In this document: positions 20,324-28,838 of the stretch, one piece after another
How the letters are laid out: the number at the start of each line of letters is the position of its first letter
How positions within the stretch are numbered: the first letter of the stretch is position 1
Origin: a virus
Lineage: Duplodnaviria > Caudoviricetes
Virus record (IMG/VR): IMGVR_UViG_3300020465_001196
DNA length: 64,000 bases
Strand: one strand, 5' to 3'
Notes under the pieces: model-generated
What the model was told of the DNA's origin: nothing
Databases searched by the model: none
Seen by the model: only the letters and a program-made list of their open reading frames with translations
Translations under genes and position numbers: made by a program

Positions 20324-20584
20324 TTATATGTCAATCTGCTCATTGTAAACTTTAAAAGCATCTGGGTCCAACGTTGATATAGTGTACTCCCCAAGTATCT
20401 TACCATTTTTATTATCTTGTTCAGTAATTGACATATGGCATTTCTTACACTTCCAACCTTCTACCCAAAACTTATCTTTATATATTGGTAGTTCAGTTTC
20501 TTTATTAATGCAATGAGTATGTAGCCAAACAGGTATGCCTGTTAGTTTATACCACATCCTGCGTTTGTGCAATGTCCATTTCAT
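20324..20584 (-). CDS. Hypothetical protein with HTHC/CKKC motifs
   Basis: 86 aa coupled ORF. Confidence 0.5.
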   Translation of the reverse strand: MKWTLHKRRMWYKLTGIPVWLHTHCINKETELPIYKDKFWVEGWKCKKCHMSITEQDNKNGKILGEYTISTLDPDAFKVYNEQIDI

Positions 20585-20799
20585 TATGGTGTATACCTTT
20601 TTATTCTTTTATCAAATTCTTCTTTAGTTATATCGTCAAATACTATACAAGTCCATTTGTTTGAATCTCTTAATTTTTCAAATTCTTGCCAAGCCATACG
20701 TTTAGTAAAGTAACCTAAATAAATCGTATCAGTTTTTCCATTATCAGCATTGTGCATATAAACTTTATGAAATTGATTATGTGTTTTTTCAAAACTCAT
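20584..20799 (-). CDS. Hypothetical protein
   Basis: 71 aa coupled ORF. Confidence 0.5.
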   Translation of the reverse strand: MSFEKTHNQFHKVYMHNADNGKTDTIYLGYFTKRMAWQEFEKLRDSNKWTCIVFDDITKEEFDKRIKRYTP

Positions 20800-20800
20800 A

Positions 20801-20887
20801 TTATAACCAAATCAATGTTTCATGAATGTAACCTAGCCAGAGTGCTATTAAGATTGCTAATGCAAAAAACCCTAGTAACAGTTTCAT
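20801..20887 (-). CDS. 28 aa single-TM microprotein
   Basis: MKLLLGFFALAILIALWLGYIHETLIWL; GGAG upstream. Confidence 0.45.
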   Translation of the reverse strand: MKLLLGFFALAILIALWLGYIHETLIWL

Positions 20888-20900
20888 CAACTCCATACAT

Positions 20901-20981
20901 CTACCAAACATATACTCCTAGGTAGAAAGCCAATACAACCATTGCTATAATCAATAAACCTTGTACTACATATGAGTTCAT
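20901..20981 (-). CDS. 26 aa single-TM microprotein
   Basis: MNSYVVQGLLIIAMVVLAFYLGVYVW. Confidence 0.4.
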   Translation of the reverse strand: MNSYVVQGLLIIAMVVLAFYLGVYVW

Positions 20982-20989
20982 GATAATAT

Positions 20990-21316
20990 TTATTGGAAAT
21001 ACTTAAATAGGCCTACCATTAAGAATCCTGTAATTATGACTGAAGTAATCATAGATAACCAAAATCCATAGTTAGGTATCATATAAACAAATATAGGAAA
21101 GAATAATAAACTTACTAAAACAAAATATACAGTTTGAATACTAATCATTTTAAACGTCTGTACGTCAACTCCTGCATAATGCATAAAGATAAATGAAACA
21201 AATGTTGCTAAAGGTATGCCTAACACAAAGGCTCCTATAGTAGGATAACGTCCTCCTATAGTACTAACTGTTGCAATAATAATACCGCCAATGATTGCTT
21301 TAAGTAATAGTTCCAT
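20990..21316 (-). CDS. DUF3147-like small multi-pass membrane protein
   Basis: KAIIGGIIIATVSTIG...GAFVLGIPLATFVSFI pattern. Confidence 0.55.
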   Translation of the reverse strand: MELLLKAIIGGIIIATVSTIGGRYPTIGAFVLGIPLATFVSFIFMHYAGVDVQTFKMISIQTVYFVLVSLLFFPIFVYMIPNYGFWLSMITSVIITGFLMVGLFKYFQ

Positions 21317-21317
21317 T

Positions 21318-21548
21318 TTATATTGTATTGCCTGTTATATTCCACCATTCTTTTTCATCAACGTTATGGCATCTAGACATCATAACTCCTGGCTTAGGCA
21401 TAGTATTAAAGAACTCCATATGTTCAATACATTCTTCTTCAGTATTGAAAAACTTACGTTCGCTTTCGTACCATCCACCTTCGGGACCTGCGATAAAAAA
21501 TAATATGATTAATGCCCATTTCATAGTACTACTTATTGAACACACCAA
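21318..21548 (-). CDS. Hypothetical exported protein
   Basis: Hydrophobic N-terminus; F.TEEECI motif shared with 19571-19882; true start probably MKWALII. Confidence 0.5.
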   Translation of the reverse strand: MVCSISSTMKWALIILFFIAGPEGGWYESERKFFNTEEECIEHMEFFNTMPKPGVMMSRCHNVDEKEWWNITGNTI

Positions 21549-21751
21549 ACTTTTAATGACTCTACTTCAATACGAGCTTCATTAAACTTTGCTAATGTTT
21601 CTTCAGCTCTTTGTTGTGCTACAACTTCACATTGTTCTAAATTAACATATGAGGTATTACTAGCATCTTCAAACTGCGTACATTCTAATTCAGATAGCAT
21701 TGTGTAGTCTGGCCATTCAAGCATACAAATTACTGCAACGATTTTCCACAT
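21533..21751 (-). CDS. Hypothetical exported protein
   Basis: Cys-containing ORF with GAGG SD and late promoter at 21771-21776. Confidence 0.55.
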   Translation of the reverse strand: MWKIVAVICMLEWPDYTMLSELECTQFEDASNTSYVNLEQCEVVAQQRAEETLAKFNEARIEVESLKVWCVQ

Positions 21752-21774
21752 AGTAACCTCTCTCTCAAAGTATT

Positions 21775-21965
21775 TAGTGGGCAGGGGCTCATATATTGTA
21801 TTTTGTGTATGCGAAAAATTTTTTTGCAGGGGTGTTTATATTGCATAGTTTGTATTAGCGATTTTTTGTATGTGCGGGGTTATATATTGTATTTGTGTGT
21901 ATGTGGCGGTTATATTGTATAGTTTGTATGTGCGGCGGTTAGTTTGTATTTGCTTGTATTTGCGG
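21775..21965. repeat. Degenerate ~30-bp tandem repeats (minus-strand consensus CCGCACATACAAAnTATrCAATATA)
   Basis: About five units read directly; exact TTGTATGTGCGG at 21866 and 21924. Confidence 0.7.
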
Positions 21966-22306
21966 AAAATTATAAGCAATCTAATTAACTTTACAAAAGG
22001 ATATAACATAGCTCGTCTATACGGATATATCTGCTCGCTAGTGGAACGGAACTTACGTTCCTTTTCCAGCTCTCGCAGAAGACTCTAATTACAGCAACCA
22101 CCATGCCCCACCATAGCAAATAGTAATAAAGATTTCATTACAGTATGTTACACGCCTTAGACTAATTGTTCACCGTGTGTGTATGCTGTTATATGTGCTA
22201 ACACTAACAAGTACAGAGCATTACTAGTACTACGTATATCATAGCCTTTAATCCTGTTTTAAAGCCCGTGTATCCTATATCCTGACAGTTCTGCTTAAAT
22301 AGTGCT

Positions 22307-22393
22307 ATGAACGATCGTATAGTTGAAATAGTGTTGTATGTACTTGCCGCTTTATGGTGGTTTATATTTGTGTATATGATATTTGTGGGTTAG
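22307..22393 (+). CDS. 28 aa single-TM microprotein
   Basis: MNDRIVEIVLYVLAALWWFIFVYMIFVG; TAAATA 5 nt upstream. Confidence 0.5.
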   Translation: MNDRIVEIVLYVLAALWWFIFVYMIFVG

Positions 22394-22528
22394 AAACCTA
22401 TATAGTTGAAGCCAACACAGTTATTACAGTTTTCCAAGATAGTGCCAGTGTGATCCATTAAGTTATACCTCTCGCCGCGAGGTATTGTTATAAATGCTAT
22501 TTTTTATAGCATTTTAATTTGTAGCATC

Positions 22529-22652
22529 ATTCACAATGGTTCATAGTAGTTCATAGTGTTCACAGTTCTTTACTGTTGATCACATCACAGTACTGCGTGT
22601 AGGCTCATAGTAGCTCACAGTTGAATAACTGTCGTTTCTGTTGAGTTCATGG
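22529..22652. repeat. Helically phased GYTCAYAG repeats
   Basis: Units at 22529 (degenerate), 22539, 22549, 22558, 22603, 22613, 22645. Confidence 0.65.
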
Positions 22653-22917
22653 TTCTTACCGCGGGGTATACCTGTTATATTAGTTGTTTTATATTTAAAA
22701 TAGTACATTACAGAATTCTATACATTTAGCTAAAAATTTTTTACTGCAATTTTTTTAGCACCGCCCTATACATTACGTCTTACCTTTTTTGCCCAAAAAA
22801 TATAACAGCCGCCATAACCCTGGTCCCTAGGATTTGTCCTAGCGAATATTTACATGGTCGGCCAGGGGAAAATTATTTTATTTTTCTTTTTTCTTTTACG
22901 AAATAAATTTCATAAAA

Positions 22918-22937
22918 AAAGGCCCCGTAGGGCCTTT
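22918..22937 (-). terminator. Intrinsic terminator
   Basis: AAAGGCCC-CGTA-GGGCCTTT with minus-strand T tract, after gene 22964-23257. Confidence 0.8.
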
Positions 22938-22963
22938 AGTGTAGGAGTGTTCTGTATAGTACT

Positions 22964-23257
22964 CTATGCTACCTTGCTTAACATAGTAGCTGGTACATTG
23001 TATCGCATAGGGAATCCACCCTTGCTGTCAACATTAACAAGTATGTACTTCTGCTTGATCTTATCAATAGTACCCTTGTATGTCTGTCCGTTTCTGCTAG
23101 TGAACTGTACTCTGTCTCCAGCTACAAAGTTCCTTCTAGCTTCTGAAGCCAAATAGTTCTGCTTCAGTTTAATAGCATCAATAACCTGTGATACTTCATA
23201 TGTGCTATCCAAGTTCATGATAGCATCTATTATAGTTCCTATTGCCAGTTTAGCCAT
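22964..23257 (-). CDS. Early hypothetical protein, possible SH3-like C-terminus
   Basis: GGAGG SD; GDRVQF...KGTIDKIKQKYILV. Confidence 0.65.
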   Translation of the reverse strand: MAKLAIGTIIDAIMNLDSTYEVSQVIDAIKLKQNYLASEARRNFVAGDRVQFTSRNGQTYKGTIDKIKQKYILVNVDSKGGFPMRYNVPATMLSKVA

Positions 23258-23266
23258 TTGACCTCC

Positions 23267-23635
23267 TTAGTCTGCTCTACTACCCATATGAGCATCAAAC
23301 CCATATTTGTTTAATACTTCTGCATAAGCTGAAGCACCTACCTCTTTACAATCCATTGATTGTCCTCTGTGTTGGGCAGGATCCCACAGTTGCATTGCTC
23401 TACCTCTATAACTAGGTTTAAAGCCAATTGAACTTAATTGCTTTGCCTCTTGGCTATTAGTTCTTGTTACAGAGACTTCAACCCAAGCAAACCCACAATA
23501 CATAGGTTCACCATACTCATTTCCACCTGTTGTTTTAGTCCAGTTGTCCAAGTAGTTTACTACTGCCTGTTTCGCGGCATTTGTAGCTTCTGTGTGTATT
23601 TGATCTATTTGCATATCTGCTCCTTTGTTTTGCAT
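23267..23635 (-). CDS. Conserved phage early protein (YCGFAWV motif)
   Basis: Behind early promoter; true start probably MQIDQ after GGAG. Confidence 0.65.
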   Translation of the reverse strand: MQNKGADMQIDQIHTEATNAAKQAVVNYLDNWTKTTGGNEYGEPMYCGFAWVEVSVTRTNSQEAKQLSSIGFKPSYRGRAMQLWDPAQHRGQSMDCKEVGASAYAEVLNKYGFDAHMGSRAD

Positions 23636-23645
23636 TATATTAATA

Positions 23646-23673
23646 ATAATAACATAATATAGGATTCTGTCAA
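23646..23673 (-). promoter_or_regulatory. Early sigma70-type promoter
   Basis: TTGACA-N16-TATTAT. Confidence 0.8.
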
Positions 23674-23693
23674 GTGTTTATTTGCCATAAAAA

Positions 23694-23725
23694 AGTGGCG
23701 TAAACCTTGGTAGATCTACGCCACT
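23694..23725 (-). terminator. Intrinsic terminator
   Basis: AGTGGCGTA/TACGCCACT stem with minus-strand T tract. Confidence 0.7.
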
Positions 23726-23756
23726 ATATGCGTCATATTACGAAAGGAACAGAATA

Positions 23757-24818
23757 TTATGACGCAATTCTGTTGGCCGCCATGCTTCTCTTCATACAAG
23801 TAGCACTAGCCAGCTTCTTCCAATCTGTGCTCATTCTCATTAGATCAGCTATTTTGGTGACCATTCTCAAACTTATTTCGTTTAAGCTATCTCTGTTATC
23901 CCATAGGAAATCAATAAGCTCTTGCTCTTGTTCCGGGGCGAACTTGTATGGAGTAAGCATTTCTCCATCTGCTATGATCTGTTTACATCTAAGCATTCTA
24001 TCACGAATACTATCCATTGTTAAATCCAAATAGTGACATCTGGACATTACCGCTTGTAAGTGGTCCTGTAGCTTTTTAGATTTAACATAATCAAACTTGA
24101 TGTTTGTTATCATGATCACAGATCCTTGGAATTCAAATCTATCTGGCACACCCTCATTGGCTAATACTCTGGATTCTGTATTCCAACTTATGTATCTCTT
24201 CTTGCTTGAATCTAAAGCCGCTTTAAGTATGTTAAGAGCAACATCATCAAATAGGATACTGTCGCAGTCATCTAATACTAGGATATGTCCTCTATTAGAA
24301 AACTTAAATAGTTTCTGATACAATCCTATGGCACTCATAGCACCTCTAACTATTTCCCATTTGGGTTGAGCTTCTGAGATCTTATCGAAGATGTTGGCCT
24401 CGTTTAGTTTCTCTTCTACTCCGTAACTTTTACCAACTCCTGGAGGGCCACTAACTATCATAGCTCTAACAGTCCCTTCCATAGTTGCTTCCGTCATAGT
24501 ATCTAGGATATCGAATCTTTCTCTGATTCTATCAATTGCTTGTTCTTCTGTTTCACCAGGTATGTTACTGTCGACGTGTTTGTTTTGCTTTTCAAAATCA
24601 GACTCGTTAACGAACTCGTAACTCTTAGGTGATTCACATCTTACCTTAATTGTACGAGCTGGAAAGTTAGGCACGTCAATGGCATCAACTGTAACAAAGC
24701 CACCTTGCTTATCAGTAGCAAATGCTTTTGTCATAGGAAATATTGTGCCAGCAACCGAAATAGGTTTGCCTGCTTTCTTACCGTAGGTTCCTTCTACGAT
24801 CTTTACAAATGTTTGCAT
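23757..24818 (-). CDS. P-loop/AAA-type ATPase
   Basis: VSGPPGVGKS (Walker A), ILVLDDCD (Walker B), SRC arginine-finger region. Confidence 0.8.
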   Translation of the reverse strand: MQTFVKIVEGTYGKKAGKPISVAGTIFPMTKAFATDKQGGFVTVDAIDVPNFPARTIKVRCESPKSYEFVNESDFEKQNKHVDSNIPGETEEQAIDRIRERFDILDTMTEATMEGTVRAMIVSGPPGVGKSYGVEEKLNEANIFDKISEAQPKWEIVRGAMSAIGLYQKLFKFSNRGHILVLDDCDSILFDDVALNILKAALDSSKKRYISWNTESRVLANEGVPDRFEFQGSVIMITNIKFDYVKSKKLQDHLQAVMSRCHYLDLTMDSIRDRMLRCKQIIADGEMLTPYKFAPEQEQELIDFLWDNRDSLNEISLRMVTKIADLMRMSTDWKKLASATCMKRSMAANRIAS

Positions 24819-24854
24819 AGTGTTCCTTTCTTTGCAATGTTAATTTATAATATT

Positions 24855-24882
24855 ATAATAGCATGGATCTAAGATCTGTCAA
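24855..24882 (-). promoter_or_regulatory. Early sigma70-type promoter
   Basis: TTGACA-N16-TATTAT. Confidence 0.8.
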
Positions 24883-24885
24883 CCA

Positions 24886-25137
24886 TTAATTATTGTTCTC
24901 GATCTTTTCTCCTAATACATTACCAGCTTTACATCCAGCTAATGTTCCTAAAATAGTTGCCGCAGTTTTACCTGATCCGCTACCTACTTTAGATCCTAAT
25001 ACTCCACCTGCTACACACCCACCTGCAGTTGATACATCCTTTTTAGATATAGTTCCTGTAGTTGCATAACAACCTGATAACATAATCATAGCCGTTAATA
25101 ATAATACAAGTGATATTAATGTTTTCTTATAGTACAT
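24886..25137 (-). CDS. Glycine-zipper lipoprotein
   Basis: Lipobox LSGC; GGCVAGGVLGSKVG...TILGTLAG. Confidence 0.7.
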   Translation of the reverse strand: MYYKKTLISLVLLLTAMIMLSGCYATTGTISKKDVSTAGGCVAGGVLGSKVGSGSGKTAATILGTLAGCKAGNVLGEKIENNN

Positions 25138-25357
25138 ATTGACCCTCTCTCTTTAAGTTAATAAAAGGATAACCTAAGTTTTTAAAGTGTCCCAGCTTTC
25201 TGGCTCTTACTAACATCCTAGCAAGAATCGATGTTTCATGGTTATCACTACTTTGCATCAATTGGTTAAATTTATAGAGTAAACCAGGCGCATCGCCGAA
25301 ACCTCTCTGAGCACTTTTAAGTCTGCCGACTATTAGCTTCTTGCTTCTAATTCTCAT
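25127..25357 (-). CDS. Hypothetical protein
   Basis: Coupled 76 aa ORF. Confidence 0.5.
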   Translation of the reverse strand: MRIRSKKLIVGRLKSAQRGFGDAPGLLYKFNQLMQSSDNHETSILARMLVRARKLGHFKNLGYPFINLKREGQYVL

Positions 25358-26336
25358 ATGTGTCTACCTTTATAGATTGACTTTCTAACTCTGAACAACT
25401 ATATCCTAGTTCTTCTAATTTTAATTTAGAACATTTCTTTTTTGCAAATCTTATTTCATCATAATAACTAACCTGCGTACCTCTAGTATCATGATAGTCT
25501 GTTCTGTATATTCCAAATTGCATTGTAGACCAATTACTCCAAGTACCATTCTTTTTACCTGCTGGAGGAATAATTGAACCTTGGTAATGATAAACTAACT
25601 TACCATTAATCCATAATTTTAAAAATCCACTATCCTTTGTTGTGTAGTTGACATTCATTACTACATCATTCCATTGGTTAAACAATTCTGATATGTCTAA
25701 TGCTTTTTGGTTTGTATTCTCTTTCCAACTAACTGAACAACCTTCATTACCTTTGGCACCATACTTTTTATAAATCTTAGGTTCATTACAAGCAGTTCTT
25801 CTTTGTGTATAAAGACCATCGCTTTCAATTGACCAGTTAAACATTGGTGCCCAATCACCATCGTTATGTATCTGCCAAATAGAATTGTGTCCTTCTTCAT
25901 GTGGAATCTCTTCTACATAAAACGATAGTGTTTGCCAAACATTACCTTTGAAACCAATTTGTGAATTATCATTTGCAGGAGTTAATTCATTTCTTTCTGA
26001 ATCTTGTCCGCAGTCCCATGATGTATTATTTGCTACATCATTTTTTGTAGCACCACAACTGCCTTTTCTAAGTTCAAACCTTAAAGCACTATCTCCATAT
26101 CTAGTGTTGCTAGATACTTCTTGTATCATCCAAGGTTTCCAAAAAGACATATCATAATTGTATTTCCATTTATGAGGCCACTTCTGGAAAACGTCACCAT
26201 CAGTTTTAATTACTTGATTTTTAATTTTTAAAGTATTTGCTTCTGCTTTGTTGCAACCACCTAATCCCCATGCAAAGAAATACACGGCAAAGAATAGTAT
26301 TGCTATTGTTTTAAAGTTTGGTTTATTGTTTTCCAT
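25347..26336 (-). CDS. Polysaccharide lyase-like (jelly-roll) exported protein
   Basis: N-terminal TM; GDSALRFELRKG, ERNEL, IWQIH, LKLWINGKLVYHYQG, QFGIYR. Confidence 0.6.
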   Translation of the reverse strand: MENNKPNFKTIAILFFAVYFFAWGLGGCNKAEANTLKIKNQVIKTDGDVFQKWPHKWKYNYDMSFWKPWMIQEVSSNTRYGDSALRFELRKGSCGATKNDVANNTSWDCGQDSERNELTPANDNSQIGFKGNVWQTLSFYVEEIPHEEGHNSIWQIHNDGDWAPMFNWSIESDGLYTQRRTACNEPKIYKKYGAKGNEGCSVSWKENTNQKALDISELFNQWNDVVMNVNYTTKDSGFLKLWINGKLVYHYQGSIIPPAGKKNGTWSNWSTMQFGIYRTDYHDTRGTQVSYYDEIRFAKKKCSKLKLEELGYSCSELESQSIKVDTYEN

Positions 26337-26363
26337 CTGTTCTGTTCCTTTTGTTATACTATT

Positions 26364-26391
26364 ATAATAGCATATTATAGGATTCTGTCAA
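26364..26391 (-). promoter_or_regulatory. Early sigma70-type promoter
   Basis: TTGACA-N16-TATTAT. Confidence 0.8.
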
Positions 26392-26394
26392 CCC

Positions 26395-26490
26395 CTAAAA
26401 TCCCCAACAAGTAATGCCCATAATACATAAGGTTTCTGTTGTCCACAGAATGTATATTGTACAGATTATACCCAAAATTACTTTTAAAAT
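26395..26490 (-). CDS. Candidate 31 aa membrane peptide with ATT start
   Basis: Own promoter, GGGAGAG SD, ATT, open hydrophobic frame to TAG. Confidence 0.45.
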   Translation of the reverse strand: MLKVILGIICTIYILWTTETLCIMGITCWGF

Positions 26491-26508
26491 GTTCTCTCCC
26501 ATATAATA

Positions 26509-26536
26509 ACTATAGCACAATGTATAGATAAGTCAA
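26509..26536 (-). promoter_or_regulatory. Early sigma70-type promoter
   Basis: TTGACT-N16-TATAGT. Confidence 0.75.
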
Positions 26537-26544
26537 CCACAAAA

Positions 26545-26569
26545 AAAGCCCCATATTTCAGGGGCTTTT
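26545..26569 (-). terminator. Intrinsic, possibly bidirectional, terminator
   Basis: AAAGCCCC...GGGGCTTTT. Confidence 0.75.
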
Positions 26570-26577
26570 AAATTTGT

Positions 26578-26865
26578 TTAAGCACCAGCTACAGCAGTAG
26601 CTTTTACTGAATCGATGTACTCTGATTTTGTCATCGGTTCTGATAATGCAATGAACTCTACTTTTGAGTGTTCATCTTTTGGTGTATAACCATTATTGAT
26701 TAACACCTGAGCTCTGTTATCTGGTTTGTTAGTGAATCTTTTTACCAACTTACCATCGGCTCTTTTTGCTTCAAGTACGAATGTGTACTTTGTATTTGAG
26801 TCAGCCATTATAACCTCCTGTAGATTTAATTGACTATTTGTTTTAGTATAACACACTTTGGCCAT
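26578..26865 (-). CDS. Early hypothetical protein
   Basis: True start probably MADSNTKY after GGAGG. Confidence 0.6.
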   Translation of the reverse strand: MAKVCYTKTNSQLNLQEVIMADSNTKYTFVLEAKRADGKLVKRFTNKPDNRAQVLINNGYTPKDEHSKVEFIALSEPMTKSEYIDSVKATAVAGA

Positions 26866-26872
26866 TTGTCAA
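26845..26872 (-). promoter_or_regulatory. Early sigma70-type promoter
   Basis: TTGACA-N16-TATACT. Confidence 0.75.
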
Positions 26873-26898
26873 CCAAAATGTTTTGGCCTAACATAGGC

Positions 26899-27549
26899 CT
26901 ATTTCATAAATGTGTGGTTGCCCAACACACCTATATACTCTTTAGAACCAGCCCAGTAAGGTGATACTAAATTGTGATTATAATAGAAAACCGCACCGTG
27001 CGTGTTATCATTTATAACTAGTTTTCCCCAACCTGTAATATAAATTGCAAGTTGAATAGAATCTTTCCAAGCTCTGGCATTGCCTTCGATGACTTGGCCA
27101 GTCTTTTCATAGTTGGCCCATACAACATCTTTCTTACCATCGCAGTACCAACTGAATTGACATTTGTGTTTAATTGGCCAGAACACTCTATCTTCTTCAG
27201 CAACATCTTTACCTCTGGTCTTCCAAGACTCTCTTATAGGTCCTTGGTAGATAACTTCACAATAGGTAGACGGCCATCTAGAATCTGCAATTCGATTCTT
27301 AACAACATTACCAACGGCCGCCTTACCTGATTCACCTTCAGCTCTGGCTTCAAAGTAGATGTTCTCTGCTAAACACATAATTTGTTTTATTTTTTCTTTA
27401 TCATGAATATTGTTTTCTTCTAATTCAATCTTTAGAATTGTTTTGGCGTGCGTTGTAAGTGTTGCGGCTTGTGCCTTCTGATCAAAGAACCAAAGCACAA
27501 CCATCAACGCCATTAAGAAGTAAGCAACCTTTGTAATCAACTTATCCAT
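26899..27549 (-). CDS. SleB-like cell wall hydrolase (Hydrolase_2)
   Basis: CLAENIYFEARAE, AVGNVVKNR, CEVIYQ, CQFSWYCDGK, GNHTF; N-terminal TM. Confidence 0.85.
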   Translation of the reverse strand: MDKLITKVAYFLMALMVVLWFFDQKAQAATLTTHAKTILKIELEENNIHDKEKIKQIMCLAENIYFEARAEGESGKAAVGNVVKNRIADSRWPSTYCEVIYQGPIRESWKTRGKDVAEEDRVFWPIKHKCQFSWYCDGKKDVVWANYEKTGQVIEGNARAWKDSIQLAIYITGWGKLVINDNTHGAVFYYNHNLVSPYWAGSKEYIGVLGNHTFMK

Positions 27550-27905
27550 TAAGCAACCTCTTCTTTCTTCCATTCATAATCATCTGTAGACCATTCATAG
27601 TCTCCATAATCAATACTATCGCTATCTTCGTATGGAATACATTCAGCAACCTTTTTTGCTTCGAAGCTTTCTGAATGATCACCATTCCAATCACTAGCAT
27701 AAACTTCTACAGGTTCATCTTTATGATAACCTTCTTGCCATTCAATTTTATCAATACCACCTTCTTCGATAACAGCATCAACGGCTTCATCTCTACTATC
27801 AGCTACAACATCATATTCAACCCATGCTGTGTAAGCCATTCTAACTCTGTATTTTGATTTACCGATATCCTTGTGTGGATTATCTTTGCTATATTCTTTT
27901 TTCAT
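27549..27905 (-). CDS. Acidic early hypothetical protein
   Basis: V.ADSRDEAVD motif like paralogs 28411-28656 and 29633-29902. Confidence 0.6.
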   Translation of the reverse strand: MKKEYSKDNPHKDIGKSKYRVRMAYTAWVEYDVVADSRDEAVDAVIEEGGIDKIEWQEGYHKDEPVEVYASDWNGDHSESFEAKKVAECIPYEDSDSIDYGDYEWSTDDYEWKKEEVA

Positions 27906-27931
27906 ATTCTTGTTCCTTTTGTTATATTATT

Positions 27932-27959
27932 AATATAGCACATATTGGCCAATTGTCAA
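27932..27959 (-). promoter_or_regulatory. Early sigma70-type promoter
   Basis: TTGACA-N16-TATATT. Confidence 0.8.
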
Positions 27960-27984
27960 GACCCTAAATGACTCGCAGTTTTGC

Positions 27985-28185
27985 TTAATATTCGTCAAAC
28001 AATACTCCTTCATCTTCATCTAGATCGCTGAAATACGTGGCATTATCTAATGCATCATCGGAACCTTGCTTATCCATACATTGGATACAATTCCATTTCT
28101 CATTATCTTCTGCATATTGTCTATCGTCAAAATGCTCTGTTGTCTCTTGACAAGTTTCACAGAACTTTGTTTTATATGGTACCAT
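27985..28185 (-). CDS. Small zinc-ribbon-like protein
   Basis: CETC...CIQC. Confidence 0.55.
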   Translation of the reverse strand: MVPYKTKFCETCQETTEHFDDRQYAEDNEKWNCIQCMDKQGSDDALDNATYFSDLDEDEGVLFDEY

Positions 28186-28411
28186 TTAATCTTTCCTCCT
28201 CTTCCATTCTATAATTGGCTTCACCGGCAGGTGTTCTCCAAATGTTAATAACCTTTACACGATGTTTCATATCTCTGTAGAACTCTTTCAACACCTTATG
28301 AAATGGTGTAGGTTCATCTACTTCAACTAAAGTGTATCCTCTAGTCATTCTCTCATCTTCAAGGTAATGATCTTTCTCCTTGTAGAATCTATATCTAATA
28401 TGAACTGACAT
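28172..28411 (-). CDS. Hypothetical protein
   Basis: Coupled ORF. Confidence 0.55.
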   Translation of the reverse strand: MSVHIRYRFYKEKDHYLEDERMTRGYTLVEVDEPTPFHKVLKEFYRDMKHRVKVINIWRTPAGEANYRMEEEERLNGTI

Positions 28412-28656
28412 TATCTAACTATACCTTTCTGCATTATTAAATGCTTGTCCCTTGCATCAGCAATAGGCTTGTCCTCATCTTCATCTTCTACTAAAGTCCA
28501 ATAAGGTCCTCCATACATTAATTCTTTTACTTTTGCATCAACTAATCTTTCTGCTTCGACTTCATCGTCTGCACTAAAAGAATTAAATAGACTTTCTAAA
28601 TGTTGTCCTTCTTCTCTAGGTGAATCAAAGTCTACTATTAATCTATATTTTGGCAT
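28411..28656 (-). CDS. Hypothetical protein
   Basis: Coupled ORF; SADDEVEAE motif. Confidence 0.55.
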   Translation of the reverse strand: MPKYRLIVDFDSPREEGQHLESLFNSFSADDEVEAERLVDAKVKELMYGGPYWTLVEDEDEDKPIADARDKHLIMQKGIVR

Positions 28657-28838
28657 TACGCATCCTCCTCTTCTGTTTGATGATATCTGTCTGTAAAGTC
28701 CAAAGGTAAACCATTTGGATCGTGTTCGTCTTTTATTTCAGACTCTTTCCATGTGTTGCCATTTGCAATACTTGGTGTACCGCTTCTACCTGTTAAGGCA
28801 TATATTTTACCTGCTTCTGGTTTTCCTTTATCTGACAT
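28656..28838 (-). CDS. Hypothetical protein
   Basis: Coupled ORF with GGAGG. Confidence 0.55.
   Translation of the reverse strand: MSDKGKPEAGKIYALTGRSGTPSIANGNTWKESEIKDEHDPNGLPLDFTDRYHQTEEEDA

Noticed and set aside
22808-22868. HDV-like ribozyme
   Set aside because: Crossing helices are present but there is no room for P1.1, P4 or the J4/2 catalytic C
21870-23156. Plus-strand ORFs 21870-22088 and 22854-23156
   Set aside because: Derived from repeats, or antisense to a real gene and terminator; no SD
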